Below, piece by piece: positions 62,223 through 64,000 of a stretch of DNA of 64,000 bases. Origin of the DNA: Octopus sinensis (lineage: Eukaryota); the NCBI RefSeq assembly GCF_006345805.1, contig NC_042998.1:198648001-198712000 (forward strand), given 5' to 3'. The position numbers and the translations under genes were made by a program. Each line of letters starts with the position of its first letter. Positions within the stretch are counted from its first letter, which is position 1. The notes under the pieces were generated by a model. It had not been told where the DNA came from. It ran no database searches and saw nothing but the letters and a program-made list of their open reading frames with translations.

Positions 62223-62489
62223 TACACACACACATACACGCATTACGGGCGTCTTCCAGTTTCTGTCTATCAAATCGAAGCTATGGTGCAGACACATATC
62301 CAAGTCGCCATGCAGTGGGACTGAACCCAGAACTATGCGATTGGGATGCTCCTTACCACACAGCCACGCCTGCACGTTTTGTCTGTAGTTGCAATTTTGT
62401 TTCTGACCTTGTGGTTTTCCGATTTCAAAGTCAGCATCTAATTTAACGTTTTCAGTTTTAATTAGATTCTTTCACAGAGTAGATTCGCC

Positions 62490-62700
62490 AAATTTGTCTA
62501 TTCCCATGCTTATTTTGATATCATAACTGAATTCATTTACAATTCGATTCTCCATCTGGGCGTTGACTTTTGATGGTAGTTTAAAGCCATCCACATAGAT
62601 GAGATAGATGACTTTAGTTTGACCATCATATTTTCGTTATTGTTGTTGCTAGACCCGCTTCGTTGAGCAGACTTATGATCAAAGACATGGCAAGTCGTGA
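62490..62700 (-). mobile_element. R4/Dong-like RT relic
   Basis: LIISLLNEAG..KVIYLIYVDGFKL..IVNEFSYDIKISMGIDK resembles the HLLYMDDLKL..FS.DI..FG..KC pattern. Confidence 0.55.
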
Positions 62701-62909
62701 TCAATCGGCCGTTTTTTTTTTCTGCCATAATATATTCCAACCTACCTTATCAGACATAAGTTGTGTTTGAATAAATTCTCTCTATGGTAACTCGCCTTCA
62801 TAGGCAGATTAAATAGAATTCTATTTATATTGCTCCACTAGAAAAGCATGCAAATATATTTTATCACAAGATACATATATACAGAAAAACAGACAGAGAA
62901 AGAAAGAAA

Positions 62910-62957
<48 letters not shown>

Positions 62958-63019
62958 GAGGTTGAACCAGACTTTTTTTATTTTGTTCCAGTTTTGTTTT
63001 TAATATGTTTTTAATACTA

Positions 63020-63445
63020 AAGGCGGCAAGCTGGCAGAAAAGTTAGCACGCCGGGCGAAATGCTTAGCAGTATTTCGTCTGCCGGTACGTTCTGAGTTCA
63101 AATTCCGCCGAGGTCGACTTTGCCTTCATCCTTTCGGGGTCGATTAAATAAGTACCAGTTACGCACTGGGGTCGATATAATCGACTTAATCCGTTTGTCT
63201 GGTCTTGTTTGTCCCCTCTGTGTTTAGCCCCTTGTGTGTAGTAAAGAATTAGGTATTTCGTCTGCCGCTACGTTCTGAGTTCAAATTCCGCCGAGGTCGA
63301 CTTTGCCTTTCATCCTTTCGAGATCGATTAATTAAGTACCAGTTACGCACTGGGGTCGATATAATCGACTTAATCCGTTTGTCTGTCCTTGTTTGTCCTC
63401 TCTGTGTTTATCCCCTTGTGTGTAGTGAAAAAATAGGTATTTCGT
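63020..63445 (+). mobile_element. SINE family A dimer plus the start of a third unit
   Basis: Head GGCGGCAAGCTGGCAG; junctions at ~63250 and ~63435. Confidence 0.85.
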
Positions 63446-64000
63446 AAGTCTGTTGTTGCATGGTCGGTTCGTCGGCGACTAAACCGGCAACCCCACCAAG
63501 CTTGCTTGGTGAGGAGGGTGTTTATTGGACACCCTGCGAGATGAAAAAACAAAACCCGTCAAAGGGCGGAGGAACTCTTGAGAGTCAACGGCCACCCAAT
63601 AAATGTCTTAAGGCTGTATCATGCACGGGGACATAGAAATAATCGAACTGAATACCCGATCGCGCGGTTAAACCATTGGGAGTGAAGGACTCCTAGCCTT
63701 TGTTAGGGCATCCTTCTCGGAGAAGGTAACTCAGGTAACTGGGATAACTCCGACATAAAACCTGCGGCTCAGTGGTTACCGATAATGTTGACTTGTTCTT
63801 CTTTTCGGATTATAGCTGCTGTTGCTTAGTGAGTGGAATTGACTCAGTGCACAGCCTTTCCTCACTTAAAAAAAAATCTTCTTGCACAGGCATTGCACGA
63901 TAGCAACATTGATTAAGCTTCGCGCAATGGCCATACTCGATAATGAGGGGGCAGCCACCATATTGAAAATTTATTGTTGGAGCGTGTTCGTAAGTTTCTG

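Overview
AT-rich, microsatellite- and retroposon-dense eukaryotic DNA. The repeat landscape and the effector-less tandem C2H2 genes look like a coleoid cephalopod, probably Octopus; this is an inference and no database was checked. Three protein-coding loci are supported, all on the minus strand. Two are poly-C2H2 zinc-finger ORFs: 18 fingers at 9932-11497 and 12 fingers at 21744-22802. The third is a spliced gene that the ORF track misses; I rebuilt its last four coding exons (53491-53665, 47145-47326, 45767-45812, 44837-44900) from phase-compatible GT-AG junctions, and they encode a C-terminal CAP-Gly domain. The rest is mostly transposon-derived: two tRNA-derived SINE families, RTE/BovB, CR1/L2 and R4/Dong LINE relics, a mariner relic, Helitron-like elements, several MITEs and a 2.3-kb 38-bp satellite. 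The most notable signals are (i) at least two MITE families with GG..CC ends and 8-bp TSDs (Merlin-like) that share an internal telomere-like TTAGGG/TTAGGA core, (ii) a single in-frame TAG in the long upstream extension of ZNF1, (iii) Arg-poor recognition helices across all 30 fingers, (iv) SINE multimers enclosed by single TSDs, and (v) two diverged orphan CCHC ORF1-like relics in tandem. Most short ORFs in the supplied track are repeat or antisense artefacts. No CRISPR, rRNA or genuine tRNA gene was seen.
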